Assembly: GCA_013265495.1 (NCBI GenBank) | Contig: MU058781.1 | Span: 10,273,009-10,337,008, forward strand | Reading direction: 5' to 3' | DNA from: Vicugna vicugna | Lineage: Eukaryota | DNA: 64,000 nucleotides | Part shown: positions 12,790-26,600 of the stretch, one piece after another | Position numbering within the stretch: the first letter of the stretch is position 1 | How the letters are laid out: each line of letters starts with the position of its first letter | Translations under genes and position numbers: made by a program | Notes under the pieces: model-generated | What the model was told of the DNA's origin: nothing | The model's input: only the letters and a program-made list of their open reading frames with translations | The model's database searches: none

Positions 12790-13045
12790 AGATGTATGGT
12801 GTCATCATGGAATCTCTGAAGACTCATGGGGTTAAAGTGCAGTAAGCAAGACTTTGTGAAATCTGATAGAGTTTATTTTAAAGTCTACATATTCCTCTTA
12901 TAAGCTATGTAACTTTGTTTAAGACTTTTCTTCTCTTGATGTAAAAACTATAATAACATCAAACATGGAAAAATAATTATGATGATAAAAGTAATACTTG
13001 CTTTATTGCATTGTGATGAGTAGTAACAAAATGTATCAGAAACAA
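12790..13045 (+). mobile_element. MIR remnant
   Basis: agctatgtaactttg...tgtaaaa...aatacttgctttattgcattgtgatgag, MIR core-like. Confidence 0.45.
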
Positions 13046-14942
13046 GGTCTGAAATTATTTCTGCCTTGAATAGCCATATTTTTTTCCTGTTTACTCATAC
13101 TTGGGACCTGGGGTGAATAAGCGGCTCAAGTAAATCTCTAGAACTTATTTAGGCTGTTCAGGCCGACCAACATATGGGCAAAGTACCTGTGGAGTGGTAT
13201 TTGGCTACTATGTACCAGAGTTAGCCTGTATACACCTTGCCAGAAAGCAGAGAGTGGACGGACAAGTTAGCTACTTTTTGACTTGCTGGGATAAACCCTT
13301 GGAAGATTATTTTCTAAGGTGTTTAAAAGTTCATCTAAAATGCAGAATTAACCCTGTATGGTTGTACTGTCAGAATGACAAATGTATACATAAAATAAAT
13401 GAGAATCTGAGAACCCACAGGAATTGGGTCCCTTAGGCTGAGATATTCTGGAGAGGAACAATGAGAGTTCAGCTACACTTTCAGGGGTGGTTAAATTAAA
13501 AGAGATGGGAAGCACAGACTAAAGAAATTCTAAGGGGTCCTGGGTAATTCTAGTCCTAAACATGCAAACATTTAAGACCTATTGCAGGGATAGGCCAAGC
13601 TGTTTGGAGCAGAAGGTTCTAGAGATTTCCTATGAGAGAAAAATGGAAAGATTATTTGGAAGTGGTTTTTGAAATCTCAAATGCCCAGTAACCCAGGCAT
13701 CTTCAAAGGTTTTGTTGTGATGAGAATGATGCATTCAGAAAACTCAGCAAGGATGCACTGAATGGATGGAAGGGCAAACCAGAAATACGTGCTAAAGAAC
13801 TAGTCATTGTGTGCCAAGAATAGCATGTATGATTTCCTTTAAAACACAATATAAAATCAAAAAGTGGTAAAGAACAGATAACAAAATAAAATTGACAAAA
13901 TGTTGCTATACTTTTGAAATTGAATGTTAGCTACTTGGGAGTTTCTCCTTCTCTGTATTTAAATTTTTTTGTAATAAAATAATATAAATAAATACATAAT
14001 ATTGGCATTTCTTAAATTTGGGGGGGGGGATGGACCACTTTGAATAGCTAATGAAGGCAGCTGATAGTCTGTACAGAAATATGCATGCATTCAAAAATAT
14101 CTGTATACATACCTTTGCAGTTCATAGCTCTCTCTTCTCCCTTAACCTCACCCTGAAGTCCATTCATGTGCCCCCTGGATTCAACAGATTTCTTGTTAAT
14201 ATACAGGAAATATCTCCAAATCAAGACTTCTTGGAGACTTTGGCCTGGGATTTTGGATCTTCAAGTGCAGTTTGTGGCTCTCATTCTTCAGAGCTTGGCT
14301 CTCACTCAACTCAGGTTTACTTTTTAATCTTCCCCAGCACCTTCTGCTCTATGTCACAGAGAACTTTCTCAAGGGTGACAGTGCTTTTCTCATCCACAGT
14401 CTGTTTAAAGAAAGACAGGGAGCCAAGGGCAATTCAAAGGAAAGAAGTGGTTTATGATACCATGCCACAAGGCCATGGAACTGTTTATGATAGCAGAGGC
14501 ATTTTCTAAACTCCAATGAAAGGAATTTAGTAGATCTCTCAACAGCTAATTGGTATTACACATGTCTGAACTGATTATCATTACATGAAATGGGAGCTAT
14601 GTTGGTAAAACCTAGGAAAGGGAGACAAACACCCTATCAGTTAATAACTTGTATTTTGGAGTGACAAAGACCAAAACTCAAAACTCAGTTTCATAAATTT
14701 CTTATCTTTGAGACCCCAAGAAAATCACTTATTTCCATGAGCTTCCATTTTTTTCTCTTCTGTAAACTGTGTAAACTCTCAGTTGTTGAAAAGATTAAAA
14801 TGCAATAGTAAGGATGGTATCTCCAGTTAATAGTGGCGATTAGCTATTTCTAACCCAGGCTTTTCCAAGTTTTTATGTGATAATCAAGACTTCATCATTT
14901 ATCTGAATAAAGCCCTCAAGCATATTGACAATATGGCATCAG

Positions 14943-15559
14943 TACAAAAACTCTTAATTTGAAAAGATACATGCACCCCAAGGTTTATAGCAGCACTGTT
15001 TATAATACTAAAGACACAGAAGCAACCTAAGTGCCCACTGACAGATGAATGGATAAAGATGTGGTATATACAGATATGATGGCATATTACTCAGCCATAA
15101 AAAGAATGAAATAATGCCATTTGCAGCAACATGGATGGACCTAGAGATGATCATACTAGGTGAAGTCAGACAGAAAGACAAAAATCATATGATATTGCTT
15201 ATTTGTGGAATCTAAAAAAATAACACAAATGAACTTATTTATAAAACAGAACCAGACTCACAGACATCGAAAACAAACTTACGGTTACCAAAGGGGAATA
15301 AATTAGCAGTTTGGGATTAGCAGATACACATTACTATATATAAAACAGACAAACAAGGACCTACTATAATACACAGGGAACTATATTCAGTATCTTGTAA
15401 TAACCTATAGTGGAAAAGAGTCTGAAAAAGGAAATGTGTATATAGCTATATAGATATGAATCACTTTGCTGTACACCTGAAACTAACACAACACTGTAAA
15501 CCAACTATACTTCAATAACGAAGCAAAACAAAGCAAAAAAAAACCCCCAAAACCAAAAA
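14943..15559 (+). mobile_element. 5'-truncated L1 (artiodactyl-type 3' end)
   Basis: ORF2 C-terminus (gatacatgcacccca...aatgccatttgcagcaacatggatggacctagag), 3' UTR and A-rich tail; TSD acaatatggc(a/t)tcag at 14928-14942 and 15560-15574 (14/15). Confidence 0.95.
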
Positions 15560-15579
15560 ACAATATGGCTTCAGGAATC

Positions 15580-16640
15580 TCCAATGTGCTTATATATCAT
15601 CATCTCCTTTTCAGAATTTTCCTCAGGATCACTCCTTATTGTACTGCCTGCTTTTTCACCTTTCTAAACATAGACCCTGATTATCTTTCAGGTCCTTCCA
15701 ACCATCTTACTCTATAAATGAATCCTCACAATCCCATACAATCTTACAGTTTTAATTACTACCTATACACTGAAAATTCTCAACTGAAAGAAAAAAAATC
15801 TTCAATCCTTTATTATCTCATGAGCTTCAGACTTGGAAATGCAAATGACAGGAAATGAGCATTTCCAGACCTGAGCTTCTAGTCCCTATCTACTCCCATC
15901 CCTAAAACTATTGTCATTCTTGGACTTTCCATCTCAGGTAAGGTTATCTCTAGCCAACTTGTGAGATCCTGTAAATCCTCCCTCCCTTACCATCCAGATT
16001 CAAGCAACTCTTGCTAAATCTTCCTCTTAGTTGTTTTTTTTTTTTGTACTTTCTCCCCTCATCTGCTCCCCTGTTGCTACTTCCTCAGCTCAGAATGTCA
16101 TTGTCTCTCCCCTAGACTTCTAAAATAACCTGCTGGCTAGTTTCCCAAACTCTCTTGTTTTCTCCTTGTCCAGTGCCAACATCTCTCAACACATGGCTTA
16201 TCTGAAAGGGGAAGCTGGTTTTGCACGTCCCTGCTTAAAAGTCAGCTAGGCATAAATGGCCACTACAGTCAGACTGGCCTCCATCTCCCACTCCTCCCTG
16301 ACTTGTATTTTACATTTGGGCAAAACTCAGGGATATTTTTGTATCTCCTTGCCTTTCATCTTAATATCCTGAGTGTGTGGAATCTTCCTTTCCACTTGTT
16401 TTTCTCATGTCACGACTCACCCTCATTCTGTGAGATTTTCTTTGCTTCCGTAACTCTTTCATTGGCTGGGACAGCTGCATAGCTCTGTACTTCATTGCAC
16501 TGCAAAGCTCTGTCATAACTCTTGAATTATTTCTGCCTCTCCAGGTAGACATAAGCTCCTCAAAAGCAAGATTCTCCCATTATTTACATCCTGAATTCCT
16601 AGGATGTATCATGTAAAGTTCCTAGCAAGTGTCTGTTGTA
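15580..16640 (+). mobile_element. LINE-2 3' remnant
   Basis: Degenerate L2 motifs (tccctgcttaaaa; tctgcctctccaggtagacataagctcctcaaaagcaag). Confidence 0.6.
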
Positions 16641-19261
16641 AAACAAAAAAAAAAATTAAGCATGGTCTCTGTAATCACAGAATATTTTAAAAAAATGAAT
16701 AGGTCAAAACTTTAGGAAAATATGAAGTCATAAGAATTTTCTAAATCTAACATTTACTGTCATGAGCAGTATTCAGTGAGTTTTTGTAAAGTCAGTGATC
16801 TCCCCTGAAATGATTTTCTTCTTAATCAACAAGAAGGCTGAAGCCAGGGTAGAAAGAATGGCAGGAGGTAGAGTCCAAGGACCTTCTGGTCCCCAAATAT
16901 TTCCCCACATATCCTGAAATCAATTACTTACTGTGCTTTGGAAGTTCCACCAATTAACGATCACTTTTAGCTTACAGAGAGACATCAGTCATTAATTCAT
17001 TTGTGTCTACTGAAAACCAGAATAGTTCCCTCATATTAAAGACTTGAGATAATATTGGTAAAGGGGATAATTTTGAATGTAGGTAGTGGAGAAAATGAGG
17101 GTGAAAATTTTTTTCAAATGTTGGGGGATGGAGAAAAGGGACAGATCTGAGTGGAGTGACAGAACTGGGCCATATCTGAGTAGTCTAGTGGCAGATGGGT
17201 GTTCTCCCTGCAGTGTTGTTGCAATAGTTGTACAGGCTACCACTCCAGTGGGCATTGTTTACATACAGTCTACGCAGACTGAGCCCCTTGTGTTGCTGTC
17301 AGTGGTTCTGGCTGGGCTTGACGGGGGAAATGTACAAATTATTAAAGCAATGCAAAATCAGAATGGATGGACACAAAAATCCAGATCTTGTGCTCAAAGC
17401 TACCTTGGTGCCAGCATGCTGCTTTCTAGCAGATCAAGGTATAAGACATATAGTAGCAAAGTCAATTGTTAAAGTAACAAAATTTCTTAAATTCACTGTG
17501 TCTGCACAAGCACTATCAAAAAATAAGCTATCAGAAAATCTCTACTGAATGAACATTGGGCATGTAAGCATTTTTTTTTCCCTCTGGCAGATGGAAACAA
17601 CCAAGAATCGAGGTTTCTGCATCCTGAGAGATCTTGCACTGCTATCATGTAAGATGGAGCAAATTTTGCTGGACATTTACTGAGGACACTGAGTCTTACG
17701 AAGAGAATGAACCTGTATTTCAGAGTATATCCTGACCATTATATTAAACTTCTCCAATAAAAAAAATTAAAATAAACACACACTAGATATGACAAGCTAT
17801 CTTATTTTTCCAGGTGGTGAAATTAGTTATAAGCATAGAAAAAGAACCACATAGTTAAGAGTAGACTCATCTTAGAAAACCCGGAATATACTGTTGCCTG
17901 TGTTTTTATGCAGAATTCCCTTGGTCTATCTACTGAAAATGTTTTGTATTTTAGTGGTCCTTTTAATAAAATGCAGTACATCTTTACAGAATAGAACAGT
18001 TTCTTAAACCAGAAGGTAGTGGATTTGTATTATGAAGTTTAGAAACCAGTGTCAGTGAAGAAGTAAGAACATGTCATGACATTATGGCCCAATGATTTTT
18101 AGTTCTTGGGCACAAAAGAATTTATAATCAGAAAGATTATAAACAATGAAGGGCTTCAAGACAGCCCTTCATATAAAGTTACTTTTATCGTTCTTTTCTA
18201 TAGTCTACGAGCCAAAAATATGTTTAATCAAATGTTAAGAAGACAGAAAATTTCTGCCGACTGCAGAGAAAGTCTAGATAGTTTATGGATTTTTCTGAGA
18301 AAGTTTATCAGCAACTATAGCATCTATGAAAGCAAAAAAAAAAAAGATTCTATCCTCACTATTGAAACAATTTTGAAGTGAAGTATTTTCCTCCTCTAGA
18401 ACTACCCCTAGTGATTTAGTCAAGGAATGTGACAATAGGAAATAACCAGATTCAGCAAAATTTAGAATTAAGAGAAACAGATTTTCTGTTATTTCCCTTA
18501 AAAACTGAAATTTACCAAAATAAACGTAGGGGGAAAAAGCTTAATAATATGAAATAAGAAAGGATGTAGCTGGAAGAAAAGAAATTAGAGGGATACTAAT
18601 ATTTTTAGAAATTCAACATTCCCAATGTTTTGCTCTATATGAATGTGAGATAAGGTAAATGTTTTCAGAAGGTAAAAACAGACACATTCTGGTCTTCTTT
18701 AAGGCTAAGTAGAGCTGTTTAAGAAACCATTTCAACAACACATTAGTTCCCAACCAGTCTGGTCCCTCTGAAAGAAGTTACTAGTCAAAACATTTCACCA
18801 GCAGCTAATCAAGATAGCTAATGGTCTATGTATATATGTACTTTATGACCTGGAGTAATTCATACTAATCTTATATGACTGACAGCTGTCAACTTTCACC
18901 TAGCTTGTGGGCTAAGACCAATAATAAGAAACCAAAGATTCAAAACTCACTCACAGTATTATACCAGTTTGTTTTCTCAGCTATTTTAAATACTGGCTTT
19001 TCAAGAAATCGGAAGGGAATGTTCAACTGTATAGTTTTTCAGTTCGACATTTTCAGTAATTTTAATGAATTATTTCTGTAGAGTAATTCTAGTGGAAAGA
19101 AATCTGAATATGTATTTAAAATGGACACAAAAGTTGACACACATATTCATTAGAACCAAAGTCAAGTCTGAAAAACATTACAGTTAAAGAAACCATTGGG
19201 TAAAATTAGATGACAAAGACCATTTTCTAATGGACAGACACATCCAGGACAGGAAGTTACA

Positions 19262-19420
19262 AAGCCCTGAGTTTAGTTCCTTACTCAGTTTCTCAGTACT
19301 GTGAGCTTAGTTAAGTCATTTAAACTCTTATTTTTATTGCATTGAACTAAATTTAACAAGTCCAGTAATCTTTACAATGTATAAGTTGGATGAAATAAGT
19401 TTTAAGGTTCATTCAAGCTT
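19262..19420 (+). mobile_element. MIR remnant
   Basis: ccctgagtttagttcc...actgtgagcttagttaagtcatttaaactct. Confidence 0.55.
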
Positions 19421-19492
19421 GGTGATTCTTCAATCAGCTGTTAAGTAAAGCCTAATTAAGTCTGTACAAATGATTTACATTTAAAGAAATCT

Positions 19493-20635
19493 AAACAAGT
19501 GAGACCTAATTAAACCTGTAAGCTTTGCACAGCAAAAGAAACCATAAGCAAAACAAAAAGACAACCTACAGAATGAGAGAAAATATTTGCAAAGGATGAG
19601 ACTGACAAAGGCTTAATCTCCAAAATATATAAACAGCTCTTACAACTTAATAAGGAAAAAAACACACAAACAACCCAATCCAAAGATGGGCAGAAGACCT
19701 AAACAAGCAATTCTCCAATGAAGGCATACAAATGGCCAACAGACACATGAAAAAATCCTCAACATCACTAATTACCAGAGAAGTGCAAATCAAAACTACA
19801 ATGAGGTATCACCTCACACCATTCAGGATGGCCATCATTCAAAAGTTCATGAACAATAAATGCCAGAGAGGGTGTGGAGAAAAGGGAACCCTCCTACACC
19901 ATTGGTGGGAATGTAGTTTGGTGTAGCCATTATGGAAAACAGTATGGAAATCCCTCAAAAAACTAAAACTAGATTTACCATATGATCCAGCAATCCCACT
20001 CCTGGGAATATATCCAGAGGGAATCTTAATTCAAAAAGACACATGCACCCCAGTATTCATAGCATTATTTTCAATAGCCAAGACATGGAAACAACCTAAA
20101 TGTCCACCAACAGATGACTAGATAAAGAAGAAGTTGTGGTATATTTATACAATGGAATACTACTCAGCCATAAAAATAAAATAATGCCACTTGCAGCAAT
20201 AAGGATGGACCTAGAGAATGTCATTCTAAGTGAAATAAGCCAGAAAGAGAAAGAAAAATACCATATGATAACACTCACATGTGGAATCTAAAAAAGAAAA
20301 AAAAAAAGACAAATGAACTTATTTACAAAACAGAAACAGGCTCACAGACAGAAAACAAACTTATGGTTGCCAGGGGGGAAGAGGGTAGGAAGGGATAAAC
20401 TGGAAGTTCGAGATTTGCAGATACTGACTAATACATAAAAAATAGGTAAACAACAAGTTTATATGGAATAGCAGAGAGAGCTATATTCAATATCTCATAA
20501 TAACTTATGGTGAAAAAATATGAAAACAAATATACGTATGTTTATGTATGACTGAACTATTGTGCTGTACACCAGAAACTGGCTGTACTTCAGGAAAAAA
20601 CATGCATAGTAAAAATAAATAAATAAAATTAAAAA
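19493..20635 (+). mobile_element. 5'-truncated L1, ~1.1 kb
   Basis: ORF2 C-terminal peptide [30 protein letters not shown], 3' UTR and A tail; TSD taaagaaatct at 19482-19492 and 20636-20646. Confidence 0.96.
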
Positions 20636-20904
20636 TAAAGAAATCTGCATCCTTTATCTAAGGTCCAGGATGCAATTTGCATTTGTCAGACAGACTTCTG
20701 TCTGAGGCAGATCATTTAATGTGTATGAGTAGTTTTCTGGTTTTCCAGCAGGAACATACTAGGATATGTTTAGCCTAGCATCACATAGCTCTAGAACAAC
20801 ATTTTCCAGGTAGAATACTATAGGCATTAATATTCATTAACTAAAGCCATTGAATTAATGACTAAGAATAGGGAAAATACATGCAGTAATAACTCATTTG
20901 AATC

Positions 20905-21570
20905 TTTTTTTAACATTTTTTATTGATTTATAATCATTTTACAATGTTGTGTCAATTTCCAGTGTTCAGCACAATTTTTCAGTCATTCATGGACATATAC
21001 ACACTCACTGTCACATTTTTTTCTCTGTGAGTTATCATAACATTTTGTGTATATTTCCCTGTGCTATACAGTGTAATCTTGTTTATCTATTCTACAATTT
21101 TGAAATCCCAGTCTATCCCTTCCCACCCTCTACTCCCCTGGTAACCACAAGTCTGTATTCTCTGTCTGTGAGTCTATTTCTGTCCTGTATTTATGCTTTG
21201 TTTTTGTTTCTTTGTTTGTTTTTGTTTTTAGATTCCACATATGAGTGATCTCATATGGTATTTTTCTTTCTCTTTCTGGCTTACTTCACTTAGAATGACA
21301 TTCTCCAGGAGCATCCATGTTGCTGCAAATGGCATTATGTTGTCAGTTTTTATGGCTGAGTAGTATTCCATTGTATAAATATACCACCTCTTCTTTATCC
21401 AGTCACCTGTTGATGGACATTTAGGCTGTTTCCATGTTTTGGCTATTGTAAATAGTGCTGCTATGAACATTGGGGTGCAGGTGTCATCCTGAAGTAGATT
21501 TCCTTCTGTATACAAGCCCAGGAGTGGGATTCCTGGGTCATATGGTAAGTCTATTCCTAGTCTTTTGAGG
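20905..21570 (-). mobile_element. 5'-truncated young L1
   Basis: Open ORF2 C-terminus 21228-21515 (TCTPMFIAALFTIAKTWKQPKCPS...MPFAATWM...SLICGI*); T-run from 20905; no TSD found. Confidence 0.96.
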
Positions 21571-23477
21571 TATTGTGTTGGTTAGCAAAACCAGTCCCCT
21601 TGTCTAAAGTTTTAACTCTATTTAATTTTAAACTGTCTTTATTCATGTGGATGAGAAGAAAGATACTTTTTACTTCTATAATTCCCCTCAAAAAGCACTG
21701 AGTCAAAACACTGAAATGCCCCTCCACTGAAACCCTGTCATAGTAAGACCTTCACCTCAGGCTTGCTGTGACTTTTAGGATGCCAGTTTTGAACAGGATG
21801 ATAAATATGCGCTAGGCTAATAAACCTCACAACCTTTGTATTATTCACAGAAGACAATGCTGTTTATATAGTCTCAATTGTCTTTTTTCTTTCAGTTTCT
21901 ATGCCACAATAATGTGTAGCCATTATTATGCTGAACTGACACAATACTTGGAGCAAAATCTTAAAGCTCTTTTGTTTTTGTTTCTTACCATCCTTTTAAT
22001 TTTATTCAAGATTCTAGTTCTTCTCTTGTCCCTGCATGGAAACTGGCAGAAGTTCTAGAACCTTACTGGTTGCTTTCAGTTGCAAAATAAAACTTCACTT
22101 CTGGAATAAAATATCCTGCCCACTATGAGAATAAAAACTGCAAACTTGACTTGGTATGAAGGTGTCTGCCCTGCCCTCAGCTCAGACCCCACAGATGGGG
22201 AAGACTGCCATGAAGGAAAGAAGGGGTGAGCAAGACCTTCCTTCTTTCCACCATCCCCTGAGCGTTCCCACCTTCAGATGGTTCTGCAGTGTCTGACCCT
22301 TGGGGTTAGGGCGCAGGGGAAGCTGCGAAGGAAGGGCAGGAAGCCTTTAATTGAACAAAAACTCTCCTGAGCTAATGTCAGTGCTCTAGGATTATGGCAG
22401 GAGTTTAAAACTTATTTTGCCCTGAGATTTGTGAAATCTTTGGAGACCTCTGTGTGTCCTCTCCACACCTCACTTCTACTCATCTAAGAAGTTTCAAATC
22501 TAGTTCCCTTGGGTATGGTAAATGTCCTAGAAATCCAGCGACAGTTCCAGTGTCCCTGTGCCAGGTGGCCCTTTTGGGGTCATGAGTTTATCTGGGGGAA
22601 GCTTTTATACATCCTTCACTGTGGCAGTCGCTGGGGGTACAGTCAGCTCACCAACCTCTGCCCTCTCTCTGCCAGTCCTTTATGTATCTTTAGGATGACG
22701 CAGTCATCACTCTTCTGTAACTTCCTTTGGCTGGAGGGGAACTACAGAGGATGCACGGGCTATTTTGGTGATTTCTTTAAAGCCCTGATCTCCTCGACAT
22801 GAGATAAGGAGAAGATACTCTCATTTCTTCCCTTCCCTTTGGGAGAGATTTGAAGCACCACTTTCTCCTAAGAAAATGTCCTCAAAAGTACTCTCAATTC
22901 CCCAGATCCAAATCCTTTTCTACTCTTCATACATGAGAAGTTTCAGATTGTCTAATTTATTCTTACTGCTATCAAAAAAATTTTTTCCCAATCCTGCACT
23001 AGCACTGTCTTTAAAATGTGCTCCACCTGAGACTTTCACTTAAGCATCCTCTTACGTAAATAACACTGTGAAATGTTCCTCTGTGCCCACCCTTTACATA
23101 CAGATAAATGTGTTAGGTGGTTTGTTTCCAAGAATTTACAAAAATAACCCTTTGAAACATTATATGTCTACCAATATCCTATAATAACATTGTATATGGT
23201 TTATAATGATGCAAAATGAAAATAATTGGAATGTAGAATGATTATCCACAGGTGGAACTTAGAATTCCAGATTGAAACGCCCTGCGTTAGACTTCTCACG
23301 TATCGTCCTCAGAAACTAGTAGTGAGCTCGTCACCCCAGTCTGGGGGTGGGGAGGCTTAGTATTTTTCACATTTAACAAAATAAAGATGACAAATGTTGC
23401 TGGTTCTTTAAATATACATTAAGGGATTCACAACTAGGAAGTACATTTGGGAGAATTCTGAAGCTGCATTATTTAGT

Positions 23478-23603
23478 CTGGTAGTCACGAGACACATGTA
23501 GCTATATAAATTTAAATTTAAATTAATTAGCTTATATAAAATTAAAGCTTCTAATTCTTATTTGCACCATTGTAGACATTTCAATTGAATAGCACAGCTC
23601 TAA
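23478..23603. mobile_element. hAT-Charlie MITE remnant (MER3/MER33-like)
   Basis: ggtagtcacgagacacatgtagctat...taaatttaaattaatt...agcacagctcta. Confidence 0.45.
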
Positions 23604-26600
23604 AGACAGATGCCACAATGAAACCCAGACGCGTGGAACCACACTCTTCCTGTCAGAGCAGCAGAGGAATGTTCTAGAATTGTTCAGGATGGGCCGTCTA
23701 AGGCAGGGTTGAGGGTTTTCCCCACACAAATGATTAGATGCCTTTTGAGGGGCAGCTTGTCTTGATGATATGATTTGGGAAGATGTCCAGTTGGGCAGTG
23801 TATTACAGCACTGGCTCCGCTCAGTTACAGGCTTATCGCTGCTGGAAATTTCTTGGTATTACTCCACCTAGACCTGATGCCTCAGAAAAGCTTAGAGAGA
23901 ATCTTAAAAGAGGCCAAGTAAGGACCTGACGTGGTGCAAACTGAACTCACTGCTAAATGTTAACATGTTTGGGGGGAAGAAACCCACTTGACTTGTAAGT
24001 GTGAGGTATCTCCATTTTCTCTTCCTGTCTTTAAAATAGTTACGATTTAGATCCAGTTTTTATTGGGATAATGAGATCAGCAGTCACCCTGTGTAAGATG
24101 TCACTGGAACCTTACTGGGAAATCTGTAATGCATTTTCTCTTTTTAAAATTTATTTATTATTCTTTTTCGCTTTTAAAAAATGATTTTTTTTTCAAAAGA
24201 ACAGGAAAGAATGAGATAAAACCTGGAGACAATGAAAAAAATATGTCCTGTTTGTTTTCTGTGCAAAACAAAAGGTTAGGGCTATTTTTTTTTTCAAAAT
24301 AAAGCAAATAAGTCTTTGGTCATCTATAATAGGGCAGAGCTATTTTGAACAGTTTGATGTCATTTCTACATCCCTCAAGGAAACAAAGGGGAAAGTCAGA
24401 GGAAAGGGAAAAAGCAGCTTTGATAAGTTACGCCGGCCATTGGGCCCTGAGAGTGAAGCATCCTGTTTTTATCATGTGGCCGAAAAACAGTGGAAAAAAA
24501 TTTACTGTGATCAATGGTATTCATTCTTTTGTTATTTCACAGTTACCTGCCTTAATTCCCTAAATAATCGAACTAAACGAGGGCCTTTTTAGTGACAGCT
24601 ATGAAACAATGGGCTAGTCTGTGTAAAGGTCACTGGAAAATTACAGTTTGAGGTGGAGAAAGAATGGTGATAAACCAGAGAAACTTCATGATAGGACTAA
24701 CATTCAGTCTTGACTGCCTGTCGCTATTAGACTTTATGACATTCCTATCAATGCCATCAATTAATACTTTCAATTATCGTGTTAGTCAGTGGGCTACACC
24801 ATACACAAAAAGCAATAGAAAATGTAATGCTCATAAAAGGAAAGAATTCCTTCCGAACAAAAATGGCTTCTAAATGGACTTTCTGTGGTTCCTAGGATTG
24901 CTATATCTATTAATCATCCAATCATTTAAAAGGACGTCTAGCAAAATGACCTCAGAGATTGCTACCACTTGGAATTCATATCCTTTCAGTCGTCTTATCT
25001 CTGGGTGTCCAGGTGCAATCCCACAGCACTTATCAGCACAGCATCTATAGGATGTCACTCTAGCACAAGTACACTCGCAGCAATTATAGAAGAAACACCT
25101 CTTTACCCGTCTATATATCAGACTGGCTTTCTAGCGCATCCTCCATGCTGAGACAGAAAGAGGAGGGCAGAACAGCATCTCTACAATTTTAGTATATTTA
25201 GAAATAATATGGGAGGCAAAATTGTAAGGTCTTTTCCTTCAAGAATATGGTTCTTTAATCAAGCTGATCAGACATGGAATCATCCTTACTGTCCTTGTCA
25301 GGACTTATGAGAAATATTTAAAAATCCTGTCGGTCACCTGGATGTTTGTTTCACTCACTGCCAAACATCTGGATATTTAAACACACCCAGATAAAATAAG
25401 TTTCAGTGATTTTATATGAATTGTGTAGACGCAGCCTCAGATTGTGGGCAAGACAGCTTGACAGGATTCCAAAGAGCTATTTATACAATTAAGCCTCTAT
25501 CAAGAGAGACTGAGATTTAAACCTCTGTCATTTGGAACACATTATGATTTATATGAAATTGGTTTACTGTTTTAGAGTTTCTATATATTGTTTTCTTCCA
25601 TTATGGCTTCAAGCCTCCCAGTGAATTGGAAATATTCAAGTACTTAGAATCCCAACGGATTGCCACTGGGAGTAAACAGAAGCTCGCTCTCCCTCCCCCC
25701 TCTTTTTCCTGTTTTCAAGTTCCAGGGCCAGATATATGGCTGTGAGGCAACACAGAAGCAGTGTCAAGAAAACCATTTTGCTCAAGGGACCTGGCAGCTG
25801 AACTCTCCCCAAAAGCTTTTAAAAAGGAAGAAGAAAAATATATATATATATATTAAATGCCAATTTTAAACAACTGCAAAGATTTGCAGAGCCCTTGTTC
25901 ACTTCATGATGTTGCTGTAGATATGAATGTACACCAAACGAGCTAACAGATTATGAAAAGTCGATGGTGAAAGTCTCTTGAGTTTCCTAACAGAGATCTG
26001 GGAAGTTTAAAAGCATATCAGGTTTCCCAGAGATTATTAACTCTGGACTGCATTTCAAAGTGTATCAAGGGCTGTCTGCTTTATACCAAGCAGAAGGGAA
26101 TGTACTACCAGACTAAGCAGACAGAACTAATAAGAGCAGTAATAAATCAAGTTAAGAAATATTTATTGAACATCTCTGCATCTCCAGCATTGAGATGTTA
26201 GGTGTGTGATAAATATAAAATATAAATGAAAAGGTCTGTGGTCTCAAAAAGCTTAAATGAATTTGGAGCAATAAGATAATTGCACAGAAAATAAATAATA
26301 ATGCAGAATTTGAAGAGCAATTCAAATAAATGACTCAAGAAATGTCATAAATAATGAAAACTAATCAAACCAAAGACATTTAAAAAAACACTTCTTACTT
26401 AAAGTTTTAGGCTAAACAGGCAACTTCATGAAAATGTTGCTGTGGGAAATACTGTTGGGTTTCAAGACACAGATATTTATACTTCTTTAGAGATGCCATG
26501 CTTTGGCTGAATCCTGCACTTCCCCGTTTGATGTGTTTGCAATGGGGGCGGATGGCCAAAATGGCTACAGCCAATGGCGCTCATGGAATGAAGTTAAAAC

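Noticed and set aside
20646..20705. Two small hairpins (8- and 9-bp arms) between the inverted L1s
   Set aside because: Arms this short are expected by chance in 64 kb.
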